Part shown: piece after piece, positions 13,901 to 26,412 of the stretch
Layout of the letters: each line of letters opens with the position of its first letter
Numbering within the stretch: the stretch's first letter is position 1
Source of the DNA: Lytechinus pictus
Taxonomy: Eukaryota
Assembly: GCF_037042905.1 (NCBI RefSeq)
Contig: NC_087251.1
Coordinates: 8,496,001 to 8,560,000 of the forward strand
Reading direction: 5' to 3'
Length of the DNA stretch: 64,000 bases
Made by a program: the position numbers and the translations under genes
Notes under the pieces: generated by a model
Database searches by the model: none
Told to the model about the DNA's origin: nothing
What the model saw: the letters and a program-made list of their open reading frames with translations, nothing else

Positions 13901-16900
13901 TTCTTGTAGAGTGCATATCACATACCATTTACGGTGACACAACAATTGCCCCTATGACATTTGCTCCGGTCTTGATATCTCAGAGGGCATAGGGTTAGAG
14001 TTAGGATTGTTATAGAGTTTTTTGTTCAGAATAATGTAAAAATAATGATTAGGGTTTATTTAGTGATGGAGGTTGGATTTTATGTTCGGCTTGACGTGCA
14101 GATTTTCCATCAGAGCAATTGTCGCCGGAGCAAATGTCATGGAACCACCATTTAGTGTCTCCTTGGGCTTCCAAAAGGACTTGGATTTTATTACCCTTGT
14201 TTGAGCCCGGCAGACCTTTTCTGATGGTTATATTATTGGCTTGTTCAGTTTATAATGGCCACTTACAGGATGACAGCCCTGAAGTATTGTAATGTAAAAG
14301 CTACTAATTCATATGTGAATCAGAACAGCTCCATTCATTTAAAGAAATAAACATTTGTAGCCATCATATATTGATACTAAATTCTTTCATATACACAGTT
14401 ATCATTGTCCTCATCTTCAAATTGTAACTTCCCTTTTCTCTGTACACTATATTGACCGTTAAATTGTTTACTTATACTACATATGATTTCTAGATGTAAA
14501 TTCTGTCACTTTCATTGTGTTTGTTTTTTCTTTTACTTTCAGGCAAGATCCGTATTCAAGATATCCTTGCTTGTAGCTTTTTGGATGATCTTCTTGAACT
14601 AAGAGATGAAGAGTTACCAAAAGATGCCCAGGAATCGAATTGGTTTTCAGCTCCTTCAGCACTTAGAGTGTATGGTGTGTAGTACTAATAGAGCTTGATT
14701 TTTTCTATATAGTGAGCAGCTAATGCTCTTAATGTATTCTTCTACTTTTCCTTTACTTGTGAATATTTAGAATGAGAATATTGGTACTCTTCATATCATT
14801 TCATATCTATAATCCCCTCGCCATCATGTAAGTGAAATATTTTTAGAAAGGTCTTTTTTTCCATCAGAGAATGGTCTCATTATCAGGGTGAATTGTCTGA
14901 TTTGTGTAACAAATGTAATCTAAGGCAACTATTTCAGTATCTCGTAAAAGTTATGGCTATAAGTTCTTACAATCTATTTGTTTAGAAGAAGGTTAGCTTT
15001 CATCCAATCCTGTTTTGGACTCTCTCAACCCAAGTGATCAGTCATACTTTTCCCTTGTGCTGCCTGCTGTCTTGCAATAATAAGACCAAAGATAGATGAC
15101 AAGTAAATATCCACATTCCCTGTTTTTCATTTCATCATCCCTAACCAATTTAAGTTTCTCGGGAGCGTTTCATGAAAGGACTTGTCAGATGTTTTATCCG
15201 ACAAGACCTGTTTTATATGACAGTTACTATGGTGACAGTGCCTCTCAGCCAATCATTATCAAGGAAAGTTGTCAGATCTGATAACTTGTCAGATGAAAAT
15301 GTTGATGAAATGCTCCCCTTGAGTATGCATTAAGTTTATAGGAAGCATGAGTTTCTCGCTATTTTTACACTTGCAGTCCTCATATTGATAGCTTCTTAAT
15401 TGTTTGACACATCTAAGTTATCATCTGCTTGTACTTGTAAATTACACCCTAGGTCAATATTTGAATCTGGATAAGGACCACAATGGTATGCTGAGTAAAG
15501 CAGAGTTAGCTAGGTATGGAACAGGAACATTGACAGAGGTCTTCCTTGATAGAGTCTTCCAGGAATGCCTTACGTATGATGGAGAAATGGTGAGTTGTAC
15601 TTTACAAACCGGGAGAGCGTTCCATGAAAGGGGAAGTCTATCCCGTACATCAATTTGGGTCAAATAAAAGCATACAAATTGAGGAAGCATCTTAGTGAAA
15701 GTCGGGGGAAACATCCGTGGAAGAATACCAGTGATAGAGTTCTTGAATTTATATTTTAGATTTAATTTTATCATGTCACATATGAGCATTTCACAGATGT
15801 AATTATATGCTTCAAAAATAAATACTAGTATATATATATATATATATATATTTTATCATCGTGAATGATTACTATATGGCAGTGCATGGAATTCCTTCTG
15901 CATGAAAAATTTGGCAAAAATTGCATGTGATGTCACAAAATCATATCTTTATAATTTCTCAACTCTTATTCCTTAATGAATTTTTGCCAAATCTTGTTTA
16001 ATCTATTCCTCTGATATATCTGCTTGTATTGAAACCAACTTGATGTCAGGATATACTTTACCTTGAATCATCCTGTCAATGATTATCATTGACAAAGTTG
16101 TTCTCAGCCAATCAGATGCAAGAATATAAGTAAATTAAATCTGTTCACTTAATGAAATCCTAACAATGTGTTTCTTTAGTCATAGGATAGAAATAAGCCT
16201 TACCATGTGGTCTAAATTTACATACGGCAGTTATTCAATATCCTTTGTTGTGTAATGATTGTTCTGTGATGGGACAGATTTTCCACCCAATATTTTGGTT
16301 CATTGTGCTGCATTCCTTAATGTTCAACAGATGCTGATTTTATAAGATGTGGTAAGTGTGTTATCTGTTGTTTGAAATTATGTTGTTGGTAATGATTACT
16401 AATAAACATGAAGTATTGTTTGGTTTTATTTCAGGACTACAAGACATACTTGGATTTTGTTCTTGCAATGGAGAATAGGAAGGAGCCTCAAGCTCAGCAG
16501 TATTTCTTCAGATTACTGGATGTGCAGAGCAGGGCTTATCTTAATGTCTTCTCTCTCAATTTCTTCTTCCGGGTAAGTACATACAACTTTTCAAAACATT
16601 TTATGTATGTTATCCTCTTTAATTTTATGTAGCCTATAGAATGTTACTTGAGAATCAATTATTCTATTATTTCTTTTGCAAGAAATCTGACTAGTTTCTA
16701 TGGTTTGTGCTGTCTTTGGTAATATGCTCGAGTGTTTTTTCTGAGCTGTACATGCATATACCGGTAATTCTTTCTTTGATGATCTGTGAGGGTTTGTTTG
16801 AAGGTGTTATTAATACCTGGTATCGTGAAAAGATTTACAGTTCACTGTTAGTGTTACTCCTAAACAAAATTATAGGTTTTCAAAACATAGTGGGAAGAAT

Positions 16901-19299
16901 TAAAAAGGGTATTATAGAGGGAGAATAAAATATTTTTTCTTGAAATTTGATAAAGTCCTTGGGCTTGATCCAGAAAGAGGGTATGATTATGGTAACTTTG
17001 TCATAATGGCAACTACCATTGTAACAGGGCGCAACAAGCCAATCAAAGTAAAGTTAAGTATGGTGGTCATGATGGCAAAATTACTATCAACCAAAGTCTA
17101 AACGAAACTGCCACTGGACTACATTATGAACCTAATGAGATGCAAAAAGGTGGGAAACACTAAATCAGATGAATAGCAAAGATTCAATTGTCATGTTTAT
17201 TCATATTTTATGTGCATGGAAATAGGGAGTATTCATTTCATACAAGATTATTTACAATATTATTTTTAATCTTTATTTTGTCTCCTTTATTAGGCAATCC
17301 AAGAACAGATGAGATCACATGGTCAGGAGCCTGTATCGTTTGCTGATGTTAAAGATGAGATATTTGACATGGTAAAACCAGCTGATCCACTTCATATTAC
17401 ATTACAAGATCTCATCAACAGGTATGTCTCAAATTTATCAATTTAACATTGAGAACTGTTATGAATATTATACCAAAAACACAAAAAATTCCATCTTGGT
17501 AATGTTGCATAACAATTAATAGTATAGTAGCTTTACATCCAATGATAACTTTCATGTTCATGATCAATTATCTGTCAAAATCAAAGATTCATTGGAAATT
17601 ACCATTGGATAGTAAAGTTTCTATAATAGTAATTTTTTTATGCAGTGGGATGCTGATTAGATAATTATATTATCTTCAAAATGCTTACATTTTCAAAATA
17701 ATCACTTCATCCTAATATAGTGAGAGTAATGTTATAAAATACCACACAAGGTAGACTAGAAAACTATTATCCATACCTAAGTATGAAATATGTTTCTGTA
17801 TTATGGTAAGGAATCTTACATGAAATGTCCATACAGTAGATTCAAATAGATCAAAGTATGTTACAGAGGTTATACCTAACAATGACCCATTTTTTGTCTC
17901 ACCTGCATAGCAGAGTGAGACTATAGGCGCCGCTTTTCCGACGGCGACGGCGACGGCGGCGGCGGCGTCAACACCAAATCTTAACCTGAGGTTAAGTTTT
18001 TGAAATGACAGCATAACTTAGAAAGTATATGGACCTAGTTCATGAAACTTGGCCATAAGGTTAATCAAGTATTACTGAACATCCTGCCTGAGTTTCATGT
18101 CACATGACCAAGGTCAAAGGTCATTTAGGGTCAATGAACTTAGACCATGTTGGGGGAATCAACATCAAAATCTTAACCTAAGGTTAAGTTTTTGAAATGT
18201 CATCATAACTTAGAAAATATATGGACCTAGTTCATGAAACTTATACATAAGGTTAATCAAGTATCACTGAACATCCTGCATGAGTTTCACATCACATGAC
18301 CAAGGTCAAAGGTCATTTAGGGTCAATGAACTTTGGCCGAATTGGGGGTATCTGTTGAATTACCATCATAACTTTGAAAGTTTATGGATCTGATTCATGA
18401 AACTTGGACATAATAGTAATCAAGTATTACTGAACATCCTGTGCAAGTTTCAGGTCACATGATCAAGGTCAAAGGTCATTTAGGGTCAATGAACTTTGGC
18501 CAAATTAGGGTATTTGTTGAATTACAGCCATAAATTTGAAAGTGTGTTGGTCTAGTTCATAAAACTTGGACATAATAGTAATCAAGTATCACTGAACATC
18601 CTGTGCGAGTTTCAGGTCACATGATCAAGGTCAAAGGTCATGTAAGGTCAAAGAACTTTGGCCACGTTGGAGGTATTTGTTGAATTGCCATCATATCTCT
18701 ATAAGTGTATTGGTCTAGTTCATAAAACGTGGAAATAAGAGTAACCAAGTATCACTGAACATCTTGTGTGAGTTATAGTAGTTTTCAAAATCAGCACTGC
18801 TGCTATATTGAATCGCGTGATGCAGGTGAGACGGCCAGAGGCATTCCACTTGTTTAATATCAACCATTCTACTTTTCAATTTCAAAATTAGTTTATATAT
18901 GCATATAAGAAGAAAAATGATTTGAATTATTTTGTGTTTTAGAAATATGATGCGGCCATCATGCAGGGCCCAAGTTTGTTGTTGTTTTTTGTTATGATGA
19001 AATATATTCCTCCTACCTTAAACATATGAATGGCTAAATGAATAGACTCATCTGATTGTACAGTAGAGCGGAAAGGGGCATTAAAAAGGTTGTTTATTGT
19101 AAGCTCTCTCTTGTCTAAATAAATAATGTGCTTATTGGACACCAGTAACATCTGTAATTTGTATTTTTATTTTGTTAACAGCAATCATGGTGAGACAGTA
19201 ATCAGTATCCTGATAGATCTAAATGGATTCTGGACTTATGAAAACAGAGAGGTTCTCATGGCTGAAAATAACTCACAAGATGATGATCACGATATCTGA
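7949..19299 (+). CDS. PPP2R3C: Serine/threonine-protein phosphatase 2A regulatory subunit B'' gamma (spliced; 5'-most exon not identified)
   Basis: Exons with AG/GT ends and a consistent frame: 7949-8073, 10104-10153, 10817-10871, 11916-12028, 12536-12704, 13689-13821, 14543-14674, 15453-15589, 16435-16572, 17294-17421, 19182-19299 (TGA). Translation includes IPRFYFKLPGEDDVLLQKLREESRAVFLQRRSRELLDNEELQNLWFLLDKH, KVWLHQTRIGLSLYDVAGQG, DLENYILELIPTLPQLDGLEKSFYSFYVCTAVRKFFFFLDP, EF-hand YLNLDKDHNGMLSKAE and ILIDLNGFWTYENRE, which I recognise as PPP2R3C. Confidence 0.96.
8468..9915 (+). mobile_element. Helentron/DINE-like element with ~130-bp AGGTCA-rich tandem units
   Basis: TCTCGCC..GGCGAGA 5' hairpin, (CCGT)n, repeated CAACCAAACTTGGATGGTAGATGGACTTGGGGGACC..AGGTCAAAGGTCA units, 3' GGCGCGAGAC...CTTGTTT. 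Confidence 0.75.
8851..9143 (+). mobile_element. tRNA-derived SINE
   Basis: A box TGGCCCAGTGG, B box GGTTCGAATCCC, conserved body CACTCGACCCAGGTG..AAATGGGTACC, (ATT)n tail. Confidence 0.88.
13932..14146. mobile_element. Short hAT-like MITE with GGTTAG-like core
   Basis: Flanked by an 8-bp direct repeat ACCATTTA. A related copy at ~31280-31466 is flanked by GTTTAGAG/ATTTAGAG. Confidence 0.65.
17892..18855 (+). mobile_element. Helentron/DINE-like element with AGGTCA-rich tandem units
   Basis: GTCTCACCTGC..GTGAGAC 5' hairpin, (CGG/CGA)n, four ~160-190-bp units, subterminal GCAGGTGAGAC, 3' CTTGTTT; T-rich target. Confidence 0.78.
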
Positions 19300-21305
19300 A
19301 CAGGACATACAATGTTTTTCTTAAAGATGAATACTGATGGAATTGAATGGATTCTGAACTTATGAAAACAAAGAGGTTCTCATGGCTGAAAATAATTCAC
19401 AAGATGATGATCATGATATCTAGATGGACATTTGTTTTAAAGATGGACACTGATGGAATTGAATGGATTCTTGTACAACGAGAACAGGATTAGAACTGCC
19501 CGCCATGTGATGAATTCTCTTTTACCGGCTCAATCCACGTCCATACCAAAATTCATCAGGGTTTAAGACAGAATGTGTGGTTAGTTATAGAAATATTGAG
19601 TTTACCATCATCATTGGTAGGGGAAGATTAGATTTTCAATCCAAAATGTACCTCTATACTGATTTACGTCAGTTATTACTCAGCTGTTGATATTTTTACA
19701 ATGCTTCATGGTCAAAGATGTCAATGGACAAATTGAAATATTTGTCAGTTCTTGCCATTCAGGGCACTGTTAACTTTGTATCGTCTTTACTTTTAAGAAT
19801 GTGATCACAATACAGTCTGTATGTATCTTGAACGAAGAAGGTAACTGTTCTTTCAGTCCCTGGATGTACCTTGTTACAACTTTTTGACTTAAACAAATGG
19901 AATTGAAGCTTTGATATATAGTACAAGTCTGTGTATGTATTAGTTTAATATCTGAGCCCTTCATAACAAAAAGTTGTGTTCTTATCCTGAGGGTGCACCT
20001 TTATATGCCAGATCTAAATCATGAATAAATATTTTTTAAAGTGAAATGAGTCATGAAAATGTCTGTTCTTGTCAACATTGGATTATACAGCACCCAGAGA
20101 TTTCAAATACAGGGGCCTTACATGTGCATTGGCCAGCAGGGACAATGTTAAGTGTATCACAGGTGACATAATAGTGGACTGGATACTTCCTTGATTTTCT
20201 GATTTGAATATGTTAATCATTTATGTTATACAAGGTCAATGCTCTTTTAAGCCTTGCTCAGATATGATACGGCAAAGCTTAGCAACATTTTTCATCGTGT
20301 TCAAACATGGGAGACACAACACACCTCATCCATGCAAATGTATTAAACATTTTGTCCAACGTTGTGCTGAAAAATTCTTAATAGTAATTCTTTCATAGTG
20401 ATTGCATGACTTGTGTTAAATGATGTTAAGAGTTTATCTTCACAATTCTGGACAAATTATTTTGGCATTTTGTTTTTTCACAAAGAATTTGATTGATTAA
20501 TAATTTTCTGTCACCTTGCAAAAAAACAAACTTATATTGCATGTGCTTCATTTCATTTAATTGACTTCATTCATGACAGATGTTGCTGAGGTTTGCTGCT
20601 GAACTTTATGCTGAATTGAATGAGCCCTTATACTTACAGTAATTTTACATGGTATTGCCATGGTGCTGTCATGAATTGAGCATTGCTTTGATATAAACAA
20701 TATAATGGGATCTTTAAGAACTATTTTGAAATGTGCAATGTGTGCATTGTACAATTCTATAAACATGTGAATAACAATGACCCATAATGTGTAAAATGAC
20801 AATACATTCTTATTCCTATATATTGTTTTTAAGTGGAATTAGGTTTTTGTTGAGAAGAGGAAATGAATGAACATCAAAGTTTGAATTAATAGTTCCAATC
20901 GATGGCCAATTATATTTTATAACATATTTTTGTCTTACTATAATGAACATTAGAGTATCTATACCTATTAGAATTTTCTACCCTATACAATTATGTAAAG
21001 ATACATTGAAAATACTGAATTTATGTACTTGTAAACTTCATTACATATTTCACAACTAAAAATGAGGTGCCAGAATGATTAGTTATTCTTATTTCAATGT
21101 CAAATCAAAATAAAATTGATATGTTATTCAGATATCAATGTTCTCTTTTTTGAGGTTAGTCAAACTTGCTATTATTTATCTATCATTTTTTTTTTTTTTA
21201 TTATTGCTTAAATATTGATAGGATTAAACAAGATATTGGTTTTTTTTACTGAATGCTGACTGTAATACACCTAATGCAACATTTCCATCAAAGTCAATTC
21301 CTTAA

Positions 21306-22648
21306 AGGTCAAGTCCACCCCAGAAAGATGTTGATAAAAATCAAACTAGCAAAACGCTGAAAATTTCATTAAAATCGGATGTAAAATAAGAAAGTTATGA
21401 CACTTTAAAGTTTTGCTTATTTTTCACAAAACAGCGATATGTATAATGTTATGTAGTATGTATGTAACTTCCTGTTATCCTTTCAGTCATTCACCTTCAC
21501 TTGTTTACCAACTCCCCCAATGTCATCTAAGAATCCCCAAACCCCCAAGACCATTTAACTCATAAACCTTGACCATAAAAAGACCAACCCTCAGTGACGT
21601 CAGCTAACTTCATGGAAGAAGTATGACTCACACTCCAGCCCCAGTCACTTGCACAGAGCATCACCACACCCCTTATACCAGAGAAAGTTTGATAGACAGT
21701 TACCTGTAGACCAATCAGATCAAGTTTAGATCACTCCCACCTTAAATTGTTACACCCCAAAACTCATGATATAAATAAGACTTCGTGATATTTAGAGATA
21801 GAGAATACCAACGATAGAAAACTAGACCCACACTAATCCTGACTGACTGACTTCAAGACTTAGATGTCCATCTAGTATTAATTTAACTGCACTTCGAATC
21901 TCAACCTGATACTTCTAAATTATTTTATATTCATCGTCTCCTGATATACTCTGAATCTTCATGTACTTCGAACTGTAGCTGAATGTTGATGATTAAATAC
22001 CTAGTGATTTGAACTGTATAACTTTCTCCAAAGTTTCCTTATTACGCTTCCCTTCAATAATCACCGATCCCATCCCAACATAACATGGTGGAGAACCCGG
22101 CTCTATAATTAAGAAAGACTAAAACCATGGAGATCTTCGAGAAAAAGGCTGAGAATAGCTCTTCTCATTACGCTTCCCTAACTTATAATTACCGATCCCA
22201 ACACGACAATAACTCAAATGAGAAAGTTGATGATGTCCCTCACTCACTATTCATTTTGTTTTTTATTGTTTGAATTATACAATATTTCATTTTTTATTGA
22301 TTTGACAATGAGGACCAACTTGACTGAATCATCTAGGATTAAACAATGCTCATTCCACATGTTCAGGGAGGAATTCATCGTTGTTTCACTTGACAAAGAG
22401 GAGAAAAATAGAATATTCCCTATTTCATATAATAAAATACAAAAGAAATAGTGAGTGGATGATGTCATCAGTTTCCTCATTTGCATACCCACCAGGATGT
22501 GCATATAACTATTTTGTGAAATTAAGCAAAACTTTAAAATGTCATAACTTTCTTATTTCACATCCGATTTTGATGAAATTTGCAGTGTTATGTTTGTTGG
22601 ATTTTTCTCTTTATTCAAATCAACTTTATGTTGGGGTGGACTTGACCT
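21306..22648. mobile_element. TTAA-flanked AGG..CCT MITE (Kolobok-like), interrupted by an LTR element
   Basis: TTAA-AGGTCAAGTCCACCCC ... GGGGTGGACTTGACCT-TTAA. An uninterrupted copy lies at 49998-50601 and a truncated copy at ~5331-5610. Confidence 0.85.
21447..22208 (+). mobile_element. Internally deleted LTR retrotransposon (5' LTR + PBS + tip of 3' LTR)
   Basis: TGTTATG(21447)...CATAACA(22085); PBS TGGTGGAGAA follows immediately; the LTR 3' end is repeated at ~22168-22208; 4-bp TSD ATAA. Confidence 0.8.
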
Positions 22649-25184
22649 TTAATTTTTTATACTGTGCATAACAGCAATTTTGAACCCGTATTTTCAGTTC
22701 TTCTATAGTCAACTGCATTCCGAATTGAACTCTAGATATTTTTTATTATTTAATTTCATTCAATCTCAACACCAATTTCAAACTTGGCTCGTGTTTGCAT
22801 ATTTGACTGAGGATGAGGATGATCTGATTAGATTGTGGGGTTTCAAGTTCAAGGGCCAAAGGACATTAGTTCTTTCATGCAATAGCCAATTAACCAAGAG
22901 AAGGGACATCTTCAAACTTGCTTGTGCATATATGGGAGTGAAGATACTCTGACTAGATTTGGAGGGTCATGAGTTCAGAGGTCATTGTTTTAACAGTTTA
23001 GAAGTACACTGTGTGATATATTTCTGATCAAGCAGTGACAGTGGCATACATTTTGGTCTGTGCAGTTGAGAATCTATCTAGTTTTCTTTGGTTTTTGCTT
23101 CAATATGAATTTTTAAAACGTCTATCAGGACTGTATAAAATGTGTATATATTATGTACATTATTAAATTATTTATTTTTCATTAAAGTGAATGAATACCT
23201 GAATGCAATTTTAGTGTTTTGGATAGAAAAGTTTAATAAAGTTTTTCTAGAATTATCTGGATTTGTTTTGTATTTTGTGGTGTGTTTTTTAAATTAATTT
23301 TGTTTTATGTTTTGCTCATTATTTTTAATGAGTCAAACTTATATTGTTGACAGTTCTGAGAGAGAGAGAGAAAATTGAACTGTGTGACTAAAAATACTGC
23401 TAGACGTTGAGAGAGGAGAGGTCATGATAGAGACTATAAATAGGTGCAGCCTAGTAACATTCCATTAAGGATGAAAGGACAATGGATTTATTAAAGTGGA
23501 TATTAATAGAGACAGTATAGCACAGTAGATTTAGTGTAATAATGAAGGAACTTATTAATAATTAGACTTAGACATACAATTAATGGTATGAGTGGTATAT
23601 TGTAACCAAGGTGAAACAGAAATAACTGATACAACTGGAACAAGGAAAAGAAGTATAAGAAAGTAAGAGGGAGAAGGTACATGTATGGTAACCCCAGATT
23701 TTTTTTTAGAATATCAAATAGAAAATCATAGAAAACAAAAGTGACATATCTTCATATGTACTAACAATTTACCATATGCTAGAATATATTTCTTCCCCCC
23801 CCCCAAACCACTAATCTTTTTCAAAGGGAAGTGCCAGAAAGCAATCGTCAATTTCTTCCATAACGATGTTTGTACAAGCAGCCCTTGTCAGATCACATCT
23901 AACCTCCCGTTTCATAATATCAGTGAAGCCATGTAATGCCTATAGCTGAGATAGAGTAATTCCAACCACTCCTTTTCTATCTCTTTGTCTATCTGTCTGT
24001 CCGTTTCTCGTACTTATGTTGCACTGCAATATCAAACTCGCAGAATTGCAAGAACTCATTCCAATACTGCAGCGTCCAACAAAATTTTAGCAAGATTTGA
24101 ATAGGGATTTCATCAACAATCTTCGGAAGGAAGCTTAGTTATTTCCGTCTTTTCTCTCTTATCACATACAAAACGTAATCAAACGCATGTCAGACAATCA
24201 AAGCTATCAAGTATTCTTACATTGCACATCTGTTCACGCCTACATTGACATAAGAAATCACACAAAGCTAATAACCTCACAAGGAAAAGGTAAGTCACAT
24301 TCGTCCATTTTACATCATTTACATATTTTTTCAAGCCCATACCGGCCTATACACAATTGTCTGATCTTGTTTTAAATAGAAATATACAAAACAACGGGGA
24401 AATTTGATCGGAGCTTGAAACTAAGTGTGGGCACCAATTAGTACTTACATTTCAGGAAATAAGAGTTTGATTTATATATATTTTCCATGAAATTTTGAGA
24501 ATATTACGTTCGCATGCACATGTTATTCTAACCCCTCTCCCTCGATATTTGTTACTCTTTTTGTAAATATCATCGAATGAACATTTATACAGAAAGAGAG
24601 TGTCTGTATAGTCACGTTGAAAAGTAAGATTTCTTAATCATATGCTATACGTCCAATATGGATTTAAACATCCTAACAGACAGATTTACCAAAAATCGGA
24701 TTTGAAATAAAATATAACATTTATTTCAGAGTTATATAACACATGGCGCTGATATTCACCATTGCTTCCTTCGTTTAGTCCATCCATGATCTCTTGAAGA
24801 ATATAAACGGGGCAAATTCCAACTTGATCGAAACAAAGCCAATCATAGGATCATAGTCCTGTTAGGAAGCCTGTTCTTTGGTGAGTAACTCAATGGTGTC
24901 CTTTTCCGTACCTTTTAATGTTAATCAATGACAAAGTTTCATTTAGCTGGTAATTCAACCAGTCCCTTCCCCTTTATAAATGAACATTCGCCCCGGCCCC
25001 TTCCCAAACTTAGTCAAACGAGGACTGAGAAAGGTGGGCGGTGCCCTTGCTTGATTGCGCAACAACACCGCACGTGTTCGCAAACATATACATAGCGGCC
25101 ATCATAGTTCTCAGTTTACAATCGTTCGCGAGTTTGCTATAAAGTGCTGGTTCGCCTGGTCGTTGTTCTTAACTAACTACCGTC

Positions 25185-26357
25185 ATGAAATCCTTAATAA
25201 CTTCTTTCAATTTAATCCGTAGGATGTCTTCATTGGGCAATCAAACCATGTATGGCTTCACTGTAACATCTCTTGATGGGAAACAGAAACAATTGTCTGA
25301 TTACCAGGGAAAGGCATGCATGATCATCAATGTTGCATCTCTTTGAGGCACGACCACGCGCGACTACCATCAGCTCAATGAGCTGGCGGGAAAGTACGGG
25401 TCGCGCGGCTTTGAGGTTCTGGCGTTCCCCTGTAACCAGTTCGGGCATCAGGTAAATTTATTTTCTCAGTGTTAATTTTTGACTCTGGACTTCTCTAACT
25501 TCAGCTCACATGTTAAGAAACTAATTTTTTAATCATTTATTCCCCATTTATCAGCTCAATACAGATGGAAAGGTTTGGGCCATGGCCCCCAAAAGTTCTA
25601 AAACCAAGAACAAAAAAGAAAAGGAAACGATAGTGTAACTGTAAGATCTATTATTTTCAGAATGTGTCAAATCTATAGATTCTCATGAAAGGGGTGATAA
25701 TTTGTCTTCTCGCTCGCTTTGCTTGCTCAGGACTGATATTAAGCAACATTTTGCCACATGCACTAATCTGACTATTATTTTTACAGTGGCTTACACTACA
25801 GACAAAGAAAAAAAGAGCGAATGGTACAAAATATATTATTTTCTGAATAATGTCAAAATCTAACATAAAATTGAATTTTTGTAATAAAAATGTCAAAGTT
25901 TTTGCTCGATACGCCAATCTGGCCCCCTCAAAATTTTTGCCTCATGATGCCACTGCCTGCATGTTCATACCATAATGTATGACCTGGAAATTGTTTGGCT
26001 CTTGCCCCCCTCCCCTTCCCTGGCCACTGACCCCTGTACACATACATGCGATATTACAAGCTAACCTATTTCCTTTGAAATATTTAAGCTAGCCAGTGTA
26101 ATCGATCAATGGAAAAGATTCATAACTGACTGCAAATATTACAGACCATCTACAAAGGAATACATATGGGCAATTCCATAAAATATGTACATCCGACCCT
26201 TATCTGTATGTGGTACCTTTATAAAATAATCTGTCTCTGAATACTTGTTCTTTTGACAAGGGACCATGACTTGGTCAGTTTATGAAGTGAAGTAAGACTT
26301 GAGAAAATTGGGGGTCTGACGTACAAAAAGGTTGATCATTTTATGGAAATATATATA

Positions 26358-26412
<55 letters not shown>

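Noticed and set aside
19297..19357. Selenocysteine or readthrough at the PPP2R3C TGA or the duplicated TGA
   Set aside because: The first is the normal C-terminus; the second replaces Trp in a decayed UTR duplicate; no SECIS noticed nearby.
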